Shown piece after piece: positions 53,958-62,980 of a stretch of 64,000 nucleotides of DNA; position 1 is the first letter of the stretch, and each line of letters opens with the position of its first letter. Source of the stretch: Bacilli bacterium (GTDB taxonomy: Bacteria; Bacillota_I; Bacilli_A; RF39; UBA660). Made by a program: the position numbers and the translations under genes. The notes under the pieces were generated by a model. That model saw only the letters and a list, made by a program, of their open reading frames with translations. It did not search any database and was not told the origin of the DNA. The stretch lies in contig JAFRAK010000007.1 of NCBI GenBank assembly GCA_017405445.1, positions 95,689 through 159,688 on the forward strand. Direction: 5' to 3'.

Positions 53958-56141
53958 ATGAAGAAAATAATATTATTCTTCATTCTTTTCTTTATGCCTT
54001 TTGTAGTATTTGCAAAAGAAGACGTTACTATAAAAGACTTAGTTTTAAAGAAAACTACTGGATATACAGAAGTATTAAATGATGCTGAAATTATAAATAA
54101 TAAAATAGTATTAGACTTAAAAATGTATGAAGTAGAAGACTCTGTAGAATATCAATTTATGGTAGAGAATAATACTACAAAAGATTATCAATTAGATTCT
54201 AGTAACTTAATAAATAGTAATAATACAGTAGAATATCAAATTATAAGTGAAGATAAATCTAGTCTTGTAGAAAAAAATAGTTCTAAGAAATTTAAACTTA
54301 TTGTTACATATAAAAATGAAGTAGATAAAACTCTATTTAAAGCTGGTAAATATGATTCTTCTTCAAAATTAATATATGAATTAAAAAAACATCATTTGAT
54401 TAATCCAGAAACAGGAAGTTTTTTTGTAACGATTTTATTTATTATCTTGTTTGTATCAATAGGATTTATAAAATTAAAAAATAGTAAAAACAAAACATAC
54501 TTATTATTGTCTTTATTCTTAATTCCATTCTCTGTTTTCGCACTTGAAGAATATGTAATTGAACTAGAATCCAATATTATAATTGGATATGTAACTCCAA
54601 ATCCATGTACTTTTGATGGAGATTTAGTACAAGGAGCAGAATATACAAATGGACAATATACATATCGGTATATGCAGGAATCTAAATATAATAATTCTAC
54701 TAGTTTATATGAATGGCAAAATATAGAAAATGATGGGTGGGGAGTACGTTTATCAGACTCTTCTTCAACAGATCCAGTAACTACAATATTATGTACTTCT
54801 ATCAATGATAAACCAATTGTTTCTATGAGTTATATGTTTTATAACAGTAAAACAACAAGTATTGATACTAGTAGTTTTGATACGAGTAATATCATTAAAA
54901 TGAATAATATGTTCTATAATAGTTATAATTTAGAAGAAATTGAAGTATCTAATTTTGATACTAGTAATGTAACTAGTATGTATGAGATGTTTTTTGGATG
55001 TAGTAGTTTAACAGAATTAGATTTAAATGGTTTTGATTTAAGCAATTCTAATTCATTTAGTGCAATTGCAGCAGGATTTTTTAACAAAACATTTTCTTTA
55101 AAAAAATTAAATCTTAGTAATATGAAACTTCCGGCAGATATGGCTAATGCTATTTTTAGATTTGGTGCACTAACTTATTCTCCAATTGAAGAAATTGATG
55201 TAACAGGATGGGATTTAAGTAATACTACAAATGCATTAGGAATGTTAGGTGCAAATGGATCTAATGGATTAGGAGGAACAGGTTTAAAAAGAATAATAGG
55301 ACTAGATACATGGGATACTTCTCATATAACAGATATGAATAATATGTTTGGGAATCTTTCTTCCCTAATAGATTTAAACTTAAGTAGTTTCGATACTTCT
55401 AATGTTACTGATATGAGATGGATGTTTCAAGATTGTAGTAGCCTAGAAGAATTAGATTTAAGTGGATTTGATTTAAGAGGTGGAAGTTCTTTTAATTCAA
55501 TTGCAAATGGTATTTTTCAAGGAACTTCTTCTTTAAAAAAATTAAATCTAAGTAATATGAAACTTCCAGTTGATATGTCTCATTCCATTTTTAGATATGG
55601 TGCAATGAATTCATCACCAATTGAAGAAATTGATGTCACAGGATGGGATTTAAGTCATACTACAAATGCAATGGGAATGTTGGGTGCTTATAATAGTAAT
55701 CCTGATAATTATAACCAAGGATTAGGAGGAAATGGTTTAAAAACTATTAAAGGATTAGATACTTGGGATACTTCTCACATTACAGATATGTCTCAAATGT
55801 TTCTAGGATTATCTTCTTTAACAACACTTGATTTAAGTAATTTTAACACATCAAATGTAACTAATATGATGAACATGTTTAATGGATGCAGTAGTTTAAC
55901 TTCATTAGATTTAAGCAGTTTTGATACATCTAATGTAACTACTATGCAGTCAATGTTTTCTTATTGTAGTAGTTTAACAACATTAGACTTAAGTAGTTTT
56001 AATACAACAGTTACAAATACAGATTATATGTTTTATGGATGTATTTCATTATCTACTGGTTATGCTAGAACTCAAGCAGATGCTAATAGATTTAATAGTG
56101 CTAGTGAAAATCCAAGTAATATAAACTTTGTAGTAAAATAA
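53958..56141 (+). CDS. Composite surface-protein ORF: small NPETG-sorted domain fused in frame to a DUF285-type LRR protein that has its own signal-peptide-like segment
   Basis: The first part is complete on its own: signal peptide FMPFVVFA|KED, a ~120-aa domain, NPETG (54402-54416), a TM helix and KLKNSKNK. Without any stop, SKNKTYLLLSLFLIPFSVFA|LEE follows, then WDTSHITDMNNMF / FDTSNVTxMxxMF repeats. Confidence 0.7.
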   Translation: MKKIILFFILFFMPFVVFAKEDVTIKDLVLKKTTGYTEVLNDAEIINNKIVLDLKMYEVEDSVEYQFMVENNTTKDYQLDSSNLINSNNTVEYQIISEDKSSLVEKNSSKKFKLIVTYKNEVDKTLFKAGKYDSSSKLIYELKKHHLINPETGSFFVTILFIILFVSIGFIKLKNSKNKTYLLLSLFLIPFSVFALEEYVIELESNIIIGYVTPNPCTFDGDLVQGAEYTNGQYTYRYMQESKYNNSTSLYEWQNIENDGWGVRLSDSSSTDPVTTILCTSINDKPIVSMSYMFYNSKTTSIDTSSFDTSNIIKMNNMFYNSYNLEEIEVSNFDTSNVTSMYEMFFGCSSLTELDLNGFDLSNSNSFSAIAAGFFNKTFSLKKLNLSNMKLPADMANAIFRFGALTYSPIEEIDVTGWDLSNTTNALGMLGANGSNGLGGTGLKRIIGLDTWDTSHITDMNNMFGNLSSLIDLNLSSFDTSNVTDMRWMFQDCSSLEELDLSGFDLRGGSSFNSIANGIFQGTSSLKKLNLSNMKLPVDMSHSIFRYGAMNSSPIEEIDVTGWDLSHTTNAMGMLGAYNSNPDNYNQGLGGNGLKTIKGLDTWDTSHITDMSQMFLGLSSLTTLDLSNFNTSNVTNMMNMFNGCSSLTSLDLSSFDTSNVTTMQSMFSYCSSLTTLDLSSFNTTVTNTDYMFYGCISLSTGYARTQADANRFNSASENPSNINFVVK

Positions 56142-56151
56142 TAAATGAAAA

Positions 56152-56177
56152 AGCGAGTATTATTACTTGTTTTTTTA
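56152..56177 (+). terminator. Probable terminator (stem with two G-U pairs + T-tract)
   Basis: AGCGAGTA ttat TACTTGTT followed by TTTTTT, 11 nt after the stop at 56141. Confidence 0.4.
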
Positions 56178-56198
56178 TTTGCTTTTATAACTACTATC

Positions 56199-56227
56199 TT
56201 CACAAAAAAGGTAAAATATGATATAAT
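56199..56227 (+). promoter_or_regulatory. Sigma-A-type promoter
   Basis: TTCACA, a 17-nt spacer, then TATAAT. Confidence 0.45.
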
Positions 56228-56255
56228 AACGAACTTGAAGGGGCGAGTAGATATA

Positions 56256-56777
56256 ATGAAAAAATATTATTGTATTCCAATAACAAATAGTTATGTATTT
56301 CATAGTGGATTATCTTTAAAAGATCATTTAATGATAGTAGATTACCCACTATATATTCGTGATGCTAGTTTTAAAGAGTTTTTTTATGGAAGAATATATT
56401 GTGATATTCCAACAAATCAAGAATTTGAGAATATGATTAATAAAGAAAAAGAATATATGAGTGAAGCATTTAAAGAAAAGAATCTTCCTGAATCAATTAT
56501 CGCTGTATCAGAAGGTAATGATTTATATGAAATATCATCAAAAGAAAAACTACAAAGTACAAGTAGTCTACTAGATATGACATTTGGAATAACAGAAGAA
56601 AAGGCAAAAGAATACTTAATGGATAATCCTGATTACGGAGTTAAAGTAAGAAACTTCTTTGAAAAATATTATAATAAAAGAATGAATTATAAAGAGGATA
56701 ATCAAGAAGAGAAAAAAGAAGAAAATAATAAACAAAAAAAACTTCTCTTCATAAAAAATAAGAATAAGAATAAGTAG
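56256..56777 (+). CDS. Hypothetical protein with a K/E/N-rich C-terminus
   Basis: The longest ORF starts at 56145, but its first 37 codons cover the terminator and promoter. ATG 56256 is therefore preferred, with GAAGGGG 12 nt upstream. Confidence 0.45.
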   Translation: MKKYYCIPITNSYVFHSGLSLKDHLMIVDYPLYIRDASFKEFFYGRIYCDIPTNQEFENMINKEKEYMSEAFKEKNLPESIIAVSEGNDLYEISSKEKLQSTSSLLDMTFGITEEKAKEYLMDNPDYGVKVRNFFEKYYNKRMNYKEDNQEEKKEENNKQKKLLFIKNKNKNK

Positions 56778-56806
56778 TTGTTTTCACAAAAAAAATCTTG
56801 TATAAT
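56778..56806 (+). promoter_or_regulatory. tig promoter
   Basis: TTGTTT, a 17-nt spacer, then TATAAT. Confidence 0.45.
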
Positions 56807-56825
56807 ATAAGCGTTGGAGGAAATT

Positions 56826-58139
56826 ATGGCAAAGAAAGTAGAAAAAGAAGAAAAAATCGAAAAAACAGAAAAAGAAGAAAAAAAATCTAATAGACATAAT
56901 ATAGAAATTAAAATTGAAGGAGATTCTTGGAAAGATGCTTTAGAAAAAGCTTTTAAAGAAAAGCAAAAAACAGTCAAAGTTGATGGCTTTCGTCAAGGAA
57001 AAGTTCCAAGAAGTATTTTTGAAAAGAAATTTGGAAAAGAATCTTTATATTTAGATGCTGCTGACAAAGTAGTTGATGAAGCTTATATAAAAGCAATGGC
57101 TGATTCTAAATTAATACCTATTGTAAAACCTTCTGTTGAATTAAAAGACATTAAAGAAGATGGTTGTGTATTTACCTTTACGATTATTACTAAACCAGAA
57201 GTTAAAGTAAAAAAATATAAAGGATTAAATGTTAAACCTAAAAAAATTGAAGTAACAGAAGAAGAAATAGAACACGAAAAAGGACATATTTTAGAAAAAT
57301 ATACAGAACTTGTTTTAAAAGATGAAAAAAGTAAAGTAGAAAATCATGATATTGCTATTATTGACTTTGAAGGATTTAAAGACGGAGTTGCTTTTGATGG
57401 TGGAAAAGGAGAAAACTATTCTTTAGAAATTGGTTCTAATACATTTATTCCTGGTTTTGAAGAACAATTAATTGGAATGAAAGCAGGAGAAGAAAAAGAT
57501 CTTAAATTAAAATTTCCTGAAGAATATGGTGCAAAAGATTTAGCTGGACAAGATGTTGTATTTAAAGTTAAAGTAAATGAAATTAAAACAAAAAAAGCTA
57601 GAGAATTAGATAAAGACTTTTTTGAAGATTTAGGAATTGACGGAGTAGACTCAGAAAAGAAACTAAATGAATATATTAAAGATATGATTACTCATAGAAA
57701 AGAAATGGAAAATGAAAATGATTATATCGATGAATTATTAGATACCGTTGCTAAAAACGTCGAAGTTGATGTTCCAGAAGAATTAGTAGAAGAAGAAGTA
57801 GATCGTTTAATGGAAAGATTTGAACAACAGGTAAGATCTCAAGGACTTTCATTAGAACTATATTATCAATTCTCTAATTCAACAGAAAAAGATTTAAGAA
57901 ATCAAATGGAAACAGAAGCTTATAAAAATGTATTATATCGTCTAATGCTTGAAGAGATTTGTGCTCAAGAAAAAATTGAAGTAACAGATAAAGAAATAGA
58001 AGAAGAAACAGAAGAACTTGCCAAAAGATATAATGTAACAAAAGAAGAATTTCTAAAAGAATTTGGTGGAGACCAATATGTAAAATATGATTTAGAGATT
58101 CATAAAGTAATTGAATTATTAAAAGAATTAAACAAATAA
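56826..58139 (+). CDS. tig: Trigger factor (with a ~25-aa K/E-rich N-terminal extension)
   Basis: ATG 56826 follows GGAGG. The ribosome-binding region is GFRQGKVPRSIFEKKFG. The FKBP PPIase core is IDFEGFKDGVAFDGGKGENYSLEIGSNTFIPGFEEQLIGMKAGE. Confidence 0.9.
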   Translation: MAKKVEKEEKIEKTEKEEKKSNRHNIEIKIEGDSWKDALEKAFKEKQKTVKVDGFRQGKVPRSIFEKKFGKESLYLDAADKVVDEAYIKAMADSKLIPIVKPSVELKDIKEDGCVFTFTIITKPEVKVKKYKGLNVKPKKIEVTEEEIEHEKGHILEKYTELVLKDEKSKVENHDIAIIDFEGFKDGVAFDGGKGENYSLEIGSNTFIPGFEEQLIGMKAGEEKDLKLKFPEEYGAKDLAGQDVVFKVKVNEIKTKKARELDKDFFEDLGIDGVDSEKKLNEYIKDMITHRKEMENENDYIDELLDTVAKNVEVDVPEELVEEEVDRLMERFEQQVRSQGLSLELYYQFSNSTEKDLRNQMETEAYKNVLYRLMLEEICAQEKIEVTDKEIEEETEELAKRYNVTKEEFLKEFGGDQYVKYDLEIHKVIELLKELNK

Positions 58140-58140
58140 A

Positions 58141-58166
58141 AAGGCTTATGACAAGTCTTTTTTTTA
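58141..58166 (+). terminator. Rho-independent terminator
   Basis: AAGGCTT atgac AAGTCTT (one G-U pair) followed by TTTTTTT. Confidence 0.55.
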
Positions 58167-58236
58167 ATTCTATAAATAAGTATTTTTTATATTATTATTG
58201 TTTGCTATAAAAACAATAAAAAATAAGAATATAATG

Positions 58237-58264
58237 TTGAAAAAAAATGAAAAGGATATATAAT
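58237..58264 (+). promoter_or_regulatory. lon promoter
   Basis: TTGAAA, a 16-nt spacer, then TATAAT. Confidence 0.45.
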
Positions 58265-58298
58265 AAAAACCATCATTCAAAAATTGGAGGTGGACCAT

Positions 58299-60599
58299 GT
58301 GAAAAAAGTTTTAGTATTAGTAATCAATGATATGGTAATATTTCCAAATAATGAAGTTCGAATCGAATATGATAAGAATTATGATACACAAATGGATGAA
58401 ATCGTAAATAGGATTGGAGATAATCAAATGATTATCGTGAATCCCATTGACGAAGGAGAAATCAGTGTAACATCTTTTCCAAAATATGGTGTATTAGGAA
58501 GATTGAAATTAAAAATGAATGTTCCTAATGGTAAAACAAGAATTGTTCTTGAAGGATTGGAAAGAGTAGAAATAAAAGGATTAACGGAAAACAACCATTA
58601 TTTTGAAGCAGATTATTCAGAAGTTGAGATTCCAAAAGAAAAAGATGAAAAGTCTTATTTTAAAGTATTAATAAAATCAGTTGAGAATTATATTAATAAA
58701 GTTCCAACAATGGGAAATGCAATCATGAGTCAATTAACGAATGTGGATTCTTTAAATGATTTATGTGATTTAGTCGCAAGTTTTATTCCAATTCGTTATG
58801 AAGAAAAGAAGAAGTATATCCTAACAATCGATCCAATTACAAGAGCAAAATACTTAATTGAAGATATTAATCGTGATCTAAAATTAGCTGAGTTAGAACA
58901 AAAAATAGAAAATGAAGTAGAAAGAGAATTAGAGAAAACTCAAAAAGAATATTTTTTACGTGAAAAAATAAAATTAATGCAAAAAGAAATTGGAGAAGAA
59001 AACAGTAAAGATGTAGACGTTGAAAGAATCTCCAAAAAAATTAGTAAATTAAAATGTAATAGTAAAACAAAAGAAAAAATCAAAAGAGAATTATCAAGAT
59101 ATTCTAATTTGAATAGTAATTCTCCAGAACTAGGAATGATTAGAGAATACTTAGACTGGATGATTAATCTTCCTTGGAATCAATATACAAAAGATACTAA
59201 TGATTTAATTAGAGTAAAAGAAATACTAGATTCTTCTCATTATGCCCTAGAAGAAGTAAAAGATAGAATACTAGAGTATCTCGCTGTAAAACAAAATACC
59301 AATAATCTGAGAAGTCCTATATTATGTTTAGTAGGTCCTCCTGGAGTTGGTAAAACATCGCTTGCCTTAAGTATTGCGAAAAGCTTAAATCGTAAATCTG
59401 CCAAAATTAGTGTTGGAGGAATTAACGATGAAGCAGAAATAGTTGGACATAGAAGAACTTATATTGGGGCTAATCCAGGTAGAATTATTCAAGGAATTAG
59501 AAAAGCAGGAACAGCAAACCCAGTCTTTATTATTGATGAAATTGATAAAATGACCAAAGATATAAAAGGAGATCCTGCTAGTAGTTTATTAGAGGTGTTA
59601 GATCCAGAACAAAATAGTAAATTCTCTGATCATTATATTGAAGAAGAATTCGACTTATCAAATGTAATGTTTATCGCAACAGCAAACTATGTAGAACAAA
59701 TTCCATATGAATTAAGAGATCGTCTAGAAATCATCACAATTTCTAGTTATACAGAATATGAAAAATTAGATATTGCCAAAAAGCATTTAATTCCAAAAGA
59801 ACTAGAACAGCATGGACTATCTCCATTACAAGTACAAATTGATGATGATGCTATTATGACAATCATTCAAAATTATACAAAAGAAGCGGGAGTTCGTGAA
59901 TTAGAAAGAATGATCGCAACATTATTTAGAAAGATTGTTAAAAATATTTTATTAAATAAAGACCAATATTTTTATAAAATTGATCAAAAAATAATAGAAG
60001 AATTTTTAGGAAAAAAGAAATACTTTTATATGGAAAATGATATTCAAAATGAATATGGTGTAGTAAATGGTATGGCTTATACTATTTTTGGAGGAGATAT
60101 TCTTCCAATAGAAGCAACTTTATTCAAAGGAAAAGGGAACTTAGTGCTTACGGGTTCCTTAGGAGAAGTTATGCAAGAATCATGCCATATTGCCTTAGAC
60201 TATATTAAAGCCAATAGTTCAAAATTTAAAATTGACAGTAAGTTATTAGAAGAAAATGATATTCATATACATGTACCAGAAGGAGCAGTAAATAAAGATG
60301 GACCTTCCGCAGGTATTACTATAACGACAGCACTAATAAGTCTATTTAAGAAAAAATGTATTAATAAAAAAATTGCCATGACTGGAGAAATTACTTTAAG
60401 AGGAAGAATCCTCGCAATTGGTGGATTAAAAGAAAAAGTAATTGGAGCACACCGAGCTAATATCAAAAAAGTTTTTATTCCAAAAGAAAATGAAAAAGAT
60501 CTGGATGAAATACCAGAAGAAATTAAAAAAGATATAGAGTTTATTAGCGTAAATAAATATTCAGAAATGTATAAGTATTTATTCAAGAAAAGAGGTTAA
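58299..60599 (+). CDS. lon: ATP-dependent Lon protease
   Basis: GTG 58299 lies 5 nt after GGAGGTGG. Walker A is GPPGVGKTS and Walker B is VFIIDEIDK. The proteolytic Ser motif is NKDGPSAGITITTAL, followed by the Lys region MTGEITLRGRILAIGGLKEK. Confidence 0.9.
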   Translation: MKKVLVLVINDMVIFPNNEVRIEYDKNYDTQMDEIVNRIGDNQMIIVNPIDEGEISVTSFPKYGVLGRLKLKMNVPNGKTRIVLEGLERVEIKGLTENNHYFEADYSEVEIPKEKDEKSYFKVLIKSVENYINKVPTMGNAIMSQLTNVDSLNDLCDLVASFIPIRYEEKKKYILTIDPITRAKYLIEDINRDLKLAELEQKIENEVERELEKTQKEYFLREKIKLMQKEIGEENSKDVDVERISKKISKLKCNSKTKEKIKRELSRYSNLNSNSPELGMIREYLDWMINLPWNQYTKDTNDLIRVKEILDSSHYALEEVKDRILEYLAVKQNTNNLRSPILCLVGPPGVGKTSLALSIAKSLNRKSAKISVGGINDEAEIVGHRRTYIGANPGRIIQGIRKAGTANPVFIIDEIDKMTKDIKGDPASSLLEVLDPEQNSKFSDHYIEEEFDLSNVMFIATANYVEQIPYELRDRLEIITISSYTEYEKLDIAKKHLIPKELEQHGLSPLQVQIDDDAIMTIIQNYTKEAGVRELERMIATLFRKIVKNILLNKDQYFYKIDQKIIEEFLGKKKYFYMENDIQNEYGVVNGMAYTIFGGDILPIEATLFKGKGNLVLTGSLGEVMQESCHIALDYIKANSSKFKIDSKLLEENDIHIHVPEGAVNKDGPSAGITITTALISLFKKKCINKKIAMTGEITLRGRILAIGGLKEKVIGAHRANIKKVFIPKENEKDLDEIPEEIKKDIEFISVNKYSEMYKYLFKKRG

Positions 60600-60600
60600 A

Positions 60601-61242
60601 ATGACACAAGAATTAAAAGAATACCAAAATCTATTAAATTTAAAAAACCATCTGATATGTTTAAGTGAAAAAGAACTCGAAAATATCTATCAAGATATGG
60701 ATTTTTACTTAGCTTTTATTCAAACTGTTTTTTCTTTGATTGAGAACGAGGGAGGAATGCTATTACTAGATGAAGACTATATTAAGAAAGTTTTATCAGT
60801 ACTACAAATTCATCGCTTTGATTGCCCTAATAAAGAAGTAAAAGAAGACATTAACGGAATCATACAGTGCCTCAATGGAGTTAAAGCATATCCAGATAGT
60901 TTAAAAAATGGTTTAAAAAATGCCTATTTAGCTTATCAAGAAGAACAAAGAGAAATAACTTTTAATACGAAGGAAGCTTTTGCTGCATCTCTATCTTATG
61001 ATGCCATAGTTTTTAATGCTATACAAAATGGACAAGAAGAAGATATTAAACATGACAAGTATTACGTAATGAGTCTAAATTATTTATTAAAAACTTGTCC
61101 AGAATTATTTGATGAAAAAGAAAAAGAAACCGCAATAGAAGTTTTAGATAAGTTTGAAAAAAAAGCAAAACTATTTAGTTTTAAAAGAAAGTTTGTTCGA
61201 AATGCTAAAAAATCAGTAAAAGAGCTAAAAAAGGAAGAATAA
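60601..61242 (+). CDS. Hypothetical protein
   Basis: The ATG is 1 nt after the lon stop, with AGAGG 7 nt upstream. The protein is soluble and helical. No family was recognised. Confidence 0.55.
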   Translation: MTQELKEYQNLLNLKNHLICLSEKELENIYQDMDFYLAFIQTVFSLIENEGGMLLLDEDYIKKVLSVLQIHRFDCPNKEVKEDINGIIQCLNGVKAYPDSLKNGLKNAYLAYQEEQREITFNTKEAFAASLSYDAIVFNAIQNGQEEDIKHDKYYVMSLNYLLKTCPELFDEKEKETAIEVLDKFEKKAKLFSFKRKFVRNAKKSVKELKKEE

Positions 61243-61281
61243 AACTTCTTTTTTTTCATAAGCATTATTAGGAGGTTAATT

Positions 61282-61971
61282 ATGAATAAAAATATTAAAA
61301 TACAGAAAACAATACCTTTTCCCAAGATGATAGGTGAAATAACAGCTATATCATTAGAGAAAAGTATTGAAAATGTATCATCTGATAGCATTAGTGGAAA
61401 ACTAATTTTATCTGGTAAATATAAAACAACTACAGCTTCTCAAATAGAAGAAGATTTTTATTTTGAATTACCATTTGATATACATTTTACAGAGAATTTG
61501 GATGTTGATAGTATTCAATTAGAGATAACTGATTTTGTTTATGAAATTACGGATACGGATTCTATGAATTGTGATATAGAATTAAATGTAGAAGGAATAG
61601 AATTATTAGATGATAGAGAATGTGATGGAGATCCAATAGAAGAAAAAGAAATAGAATTTCCACATATCGAAGAAATAAATGTAATAGAAGATAAAAATGA
61701 GTTGAAAAAAACAATAGATCCAGAAAGAGATGAAGATTTAGAAGAAGTTATAGAAGAGGATGATGGAACTAGTTATATCTTTGGTGTAAATGAAAAAAAT
61801 GAAGTATATGGAACTTTCATTGTTTATATTGCACAAGAAAATGAAACTTTAAACCAAATCATAGAAAAATTTCATACTAGTTTAGAAGAAATAGAAAAAT
61901 ACAATAATATTAAAGAAATAACATCAGGAACAAAAATAATTATTCCATATCCAAATGAAGAAAATTCCTAG
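61282..61971 (+). CDS. SpoVID/SipL-like protein (SPOCS-like N-domain + acidic linker + C-terminal LysM)
   Basis: AGGAGG RBS. The N-terminal IGEITAISLEKSIENVSSDSISGKLILSGKY resembles the SpoVID N-domain pattern. The C-terminal YIAQENETLNQIIEKFHTSLEEIEKYNNIKEITSGTKIIIP is a LysM motif. Confidence 0.5.
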   Translation: MNKNIKIQKTIPFPKMIGEITAISLEKSIENVSSDSISGKLILSGKYKTTTASQIEEDFYFELPFDIHFTENLDVDSIQLEITDFVYEITDTDSMNCDIELNVEGIELLDDRECDGDPIEEKEIEFPHIEEINVIEDKNELKKTIDPERDEDLEEVIEEDDGTSYIFGVNEKNEVYGTFIVYIAQENETLNQIIEKFHTSLEEIEKYNNIKEITSGTKIIIPYPNEENS

Positions 61972-62761
61972 AGAAATCTATCATGATATTGGACCAATTC
62001 ACAAAATAACTTATTACAAAAATGATGCTATTTTAGAGAGTGATAAAAAGAATTATATATATCATAATAATGATTTGTATGAAATAGAGGAAGTCTGTAA
62101 TCATAAAGTCCTATGTTTAAAAGACCTATACCAAAAAACAATAGAGACAGTTATTTATTCTGATATTCAAATAAACAATATTTATCAAAGATTAGTTCAT
62201 GATAGTGATATTTTATTATCTTTCTTTTTTAAAAGACAGGATCAAATAGAAGAACAATTATATCCAAATTATAATGATTATTATCTGTTATTAAATATTA
62301 GTAAAATCTATCATATGATATCGATTGGAAGATATTTTTTAGAAGAATGGATTAAAACACAAGAAGGAAAATATCAAAATGTTTTTTGGATAGAAAATGA
62401 TACAATTAATCCATTTTTATATTATAAGGTTAATATAAACAAAGAAGTAGTCAAAGATAATTTGTTATTTTCTTTGGCAAACTATTATCAGTCTTTCTAT
62501 TATGAAAAAGATATAATAAAAGAATTAGAAGAACTATTTTTAGATTTTTCAATGAATGATTATGAAAAATACTTATTCTATTCTTTAATATCTCTTCCAA
62601 TTAATAAAGATAATAATCAGGAGAAAGTTAAAGAATTAGTTGAATATACAAACAAGACATTATCTTATTTATCAGAAAAATATAAAGAAAATCAAGAAAC
62701 CAAGGAAACAATGCTCAAAAAACAACAAGAAGACATTGAACTTGGTAGTAATAAAGAGTAG
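61955..62761 (+). CDS. Hypothetical protein (occupies the ysxE-like position after the spoVID-like gene)
   Basis: 268-aa ORF overlapping the upstream gene by 17 nt. No diagnostic motif was seen. Confidence 0.45.
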   Translation: MKKIPREIYHDIGPIHKITYYKNDAILESDKKNYIYHNNDLYEIEEVCNHKVLCLKDLYQKTIETVIYSDIQINNIYQRLVHDSDILLSFFFKRQDQIEEQLYPNYNDYYLLLNISKIYHMISIGRYFLEEWIKTQEGKYQNVFWIENDTINPFLYYKVNINKEVVKDNLLFSLANYYQSFYYEKDIIKELEELFLDFSMNDYEKYLFYSLISLPINKDNNQEKVKELVEYTNKTLSYLSEKYKENQETKETMLKKQQEDIELGSNKE

Positions 62762-62807
62762 TATGAGTAATTGATAAAAAATAATAATTATAGAAACTAA
62801 GATAGCG

Positions 62808-62840
62808 AAAAGAAAAAATGAATTATTTTTTCTTTTTTGT
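62808..62840 (+). terminator. Rho-independent terminator
   Basis: 12-bp stem AAAAGAAAAAAT / ATTTTTTCTTTT, loop GAATT, then a T-tract. Confidence 0.6.
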
Positions 62841-62980
62841 TTACAAGAGTTACATCTACAGAATAATTTATGTTTTGAGTTCATCAAAATCACCTATAGT
62901 ACTATATTCTAAAAGAAATATTATGTTCTATTTTATTTTTGATTTTTTTATGTTATACTAAACTAGAAATAGGAGGATTT

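Noticed and set aside
54392-54805. 137-aa minus-strand ORF across the junction of the composite surface-protein gene
   Set aside because: It lies antisense to a well-supported sense ORF, with no RBS. Its hydrophobic parts mirror the TM and signal-peptide-like segments of the sense strand.
60263-61391. Minus-strand ORFs 60263-60586 and 61080-61391
   Set aside because: They lie antisense to the lon protease domain and to the 60601/61282 genes, and have no motifs or start signals.
62672-62893. 73-aa minus-strand ORF with a CRCNSCKQKRK motif (possible small Zn-ribbon membrane protein)
   Set aside because: Its basic stretch is the complementary strand of the terminator hairpin at 62808-62840, it overlaps the 3' end of the + strand gene by 90 nt, and it has no RBS.
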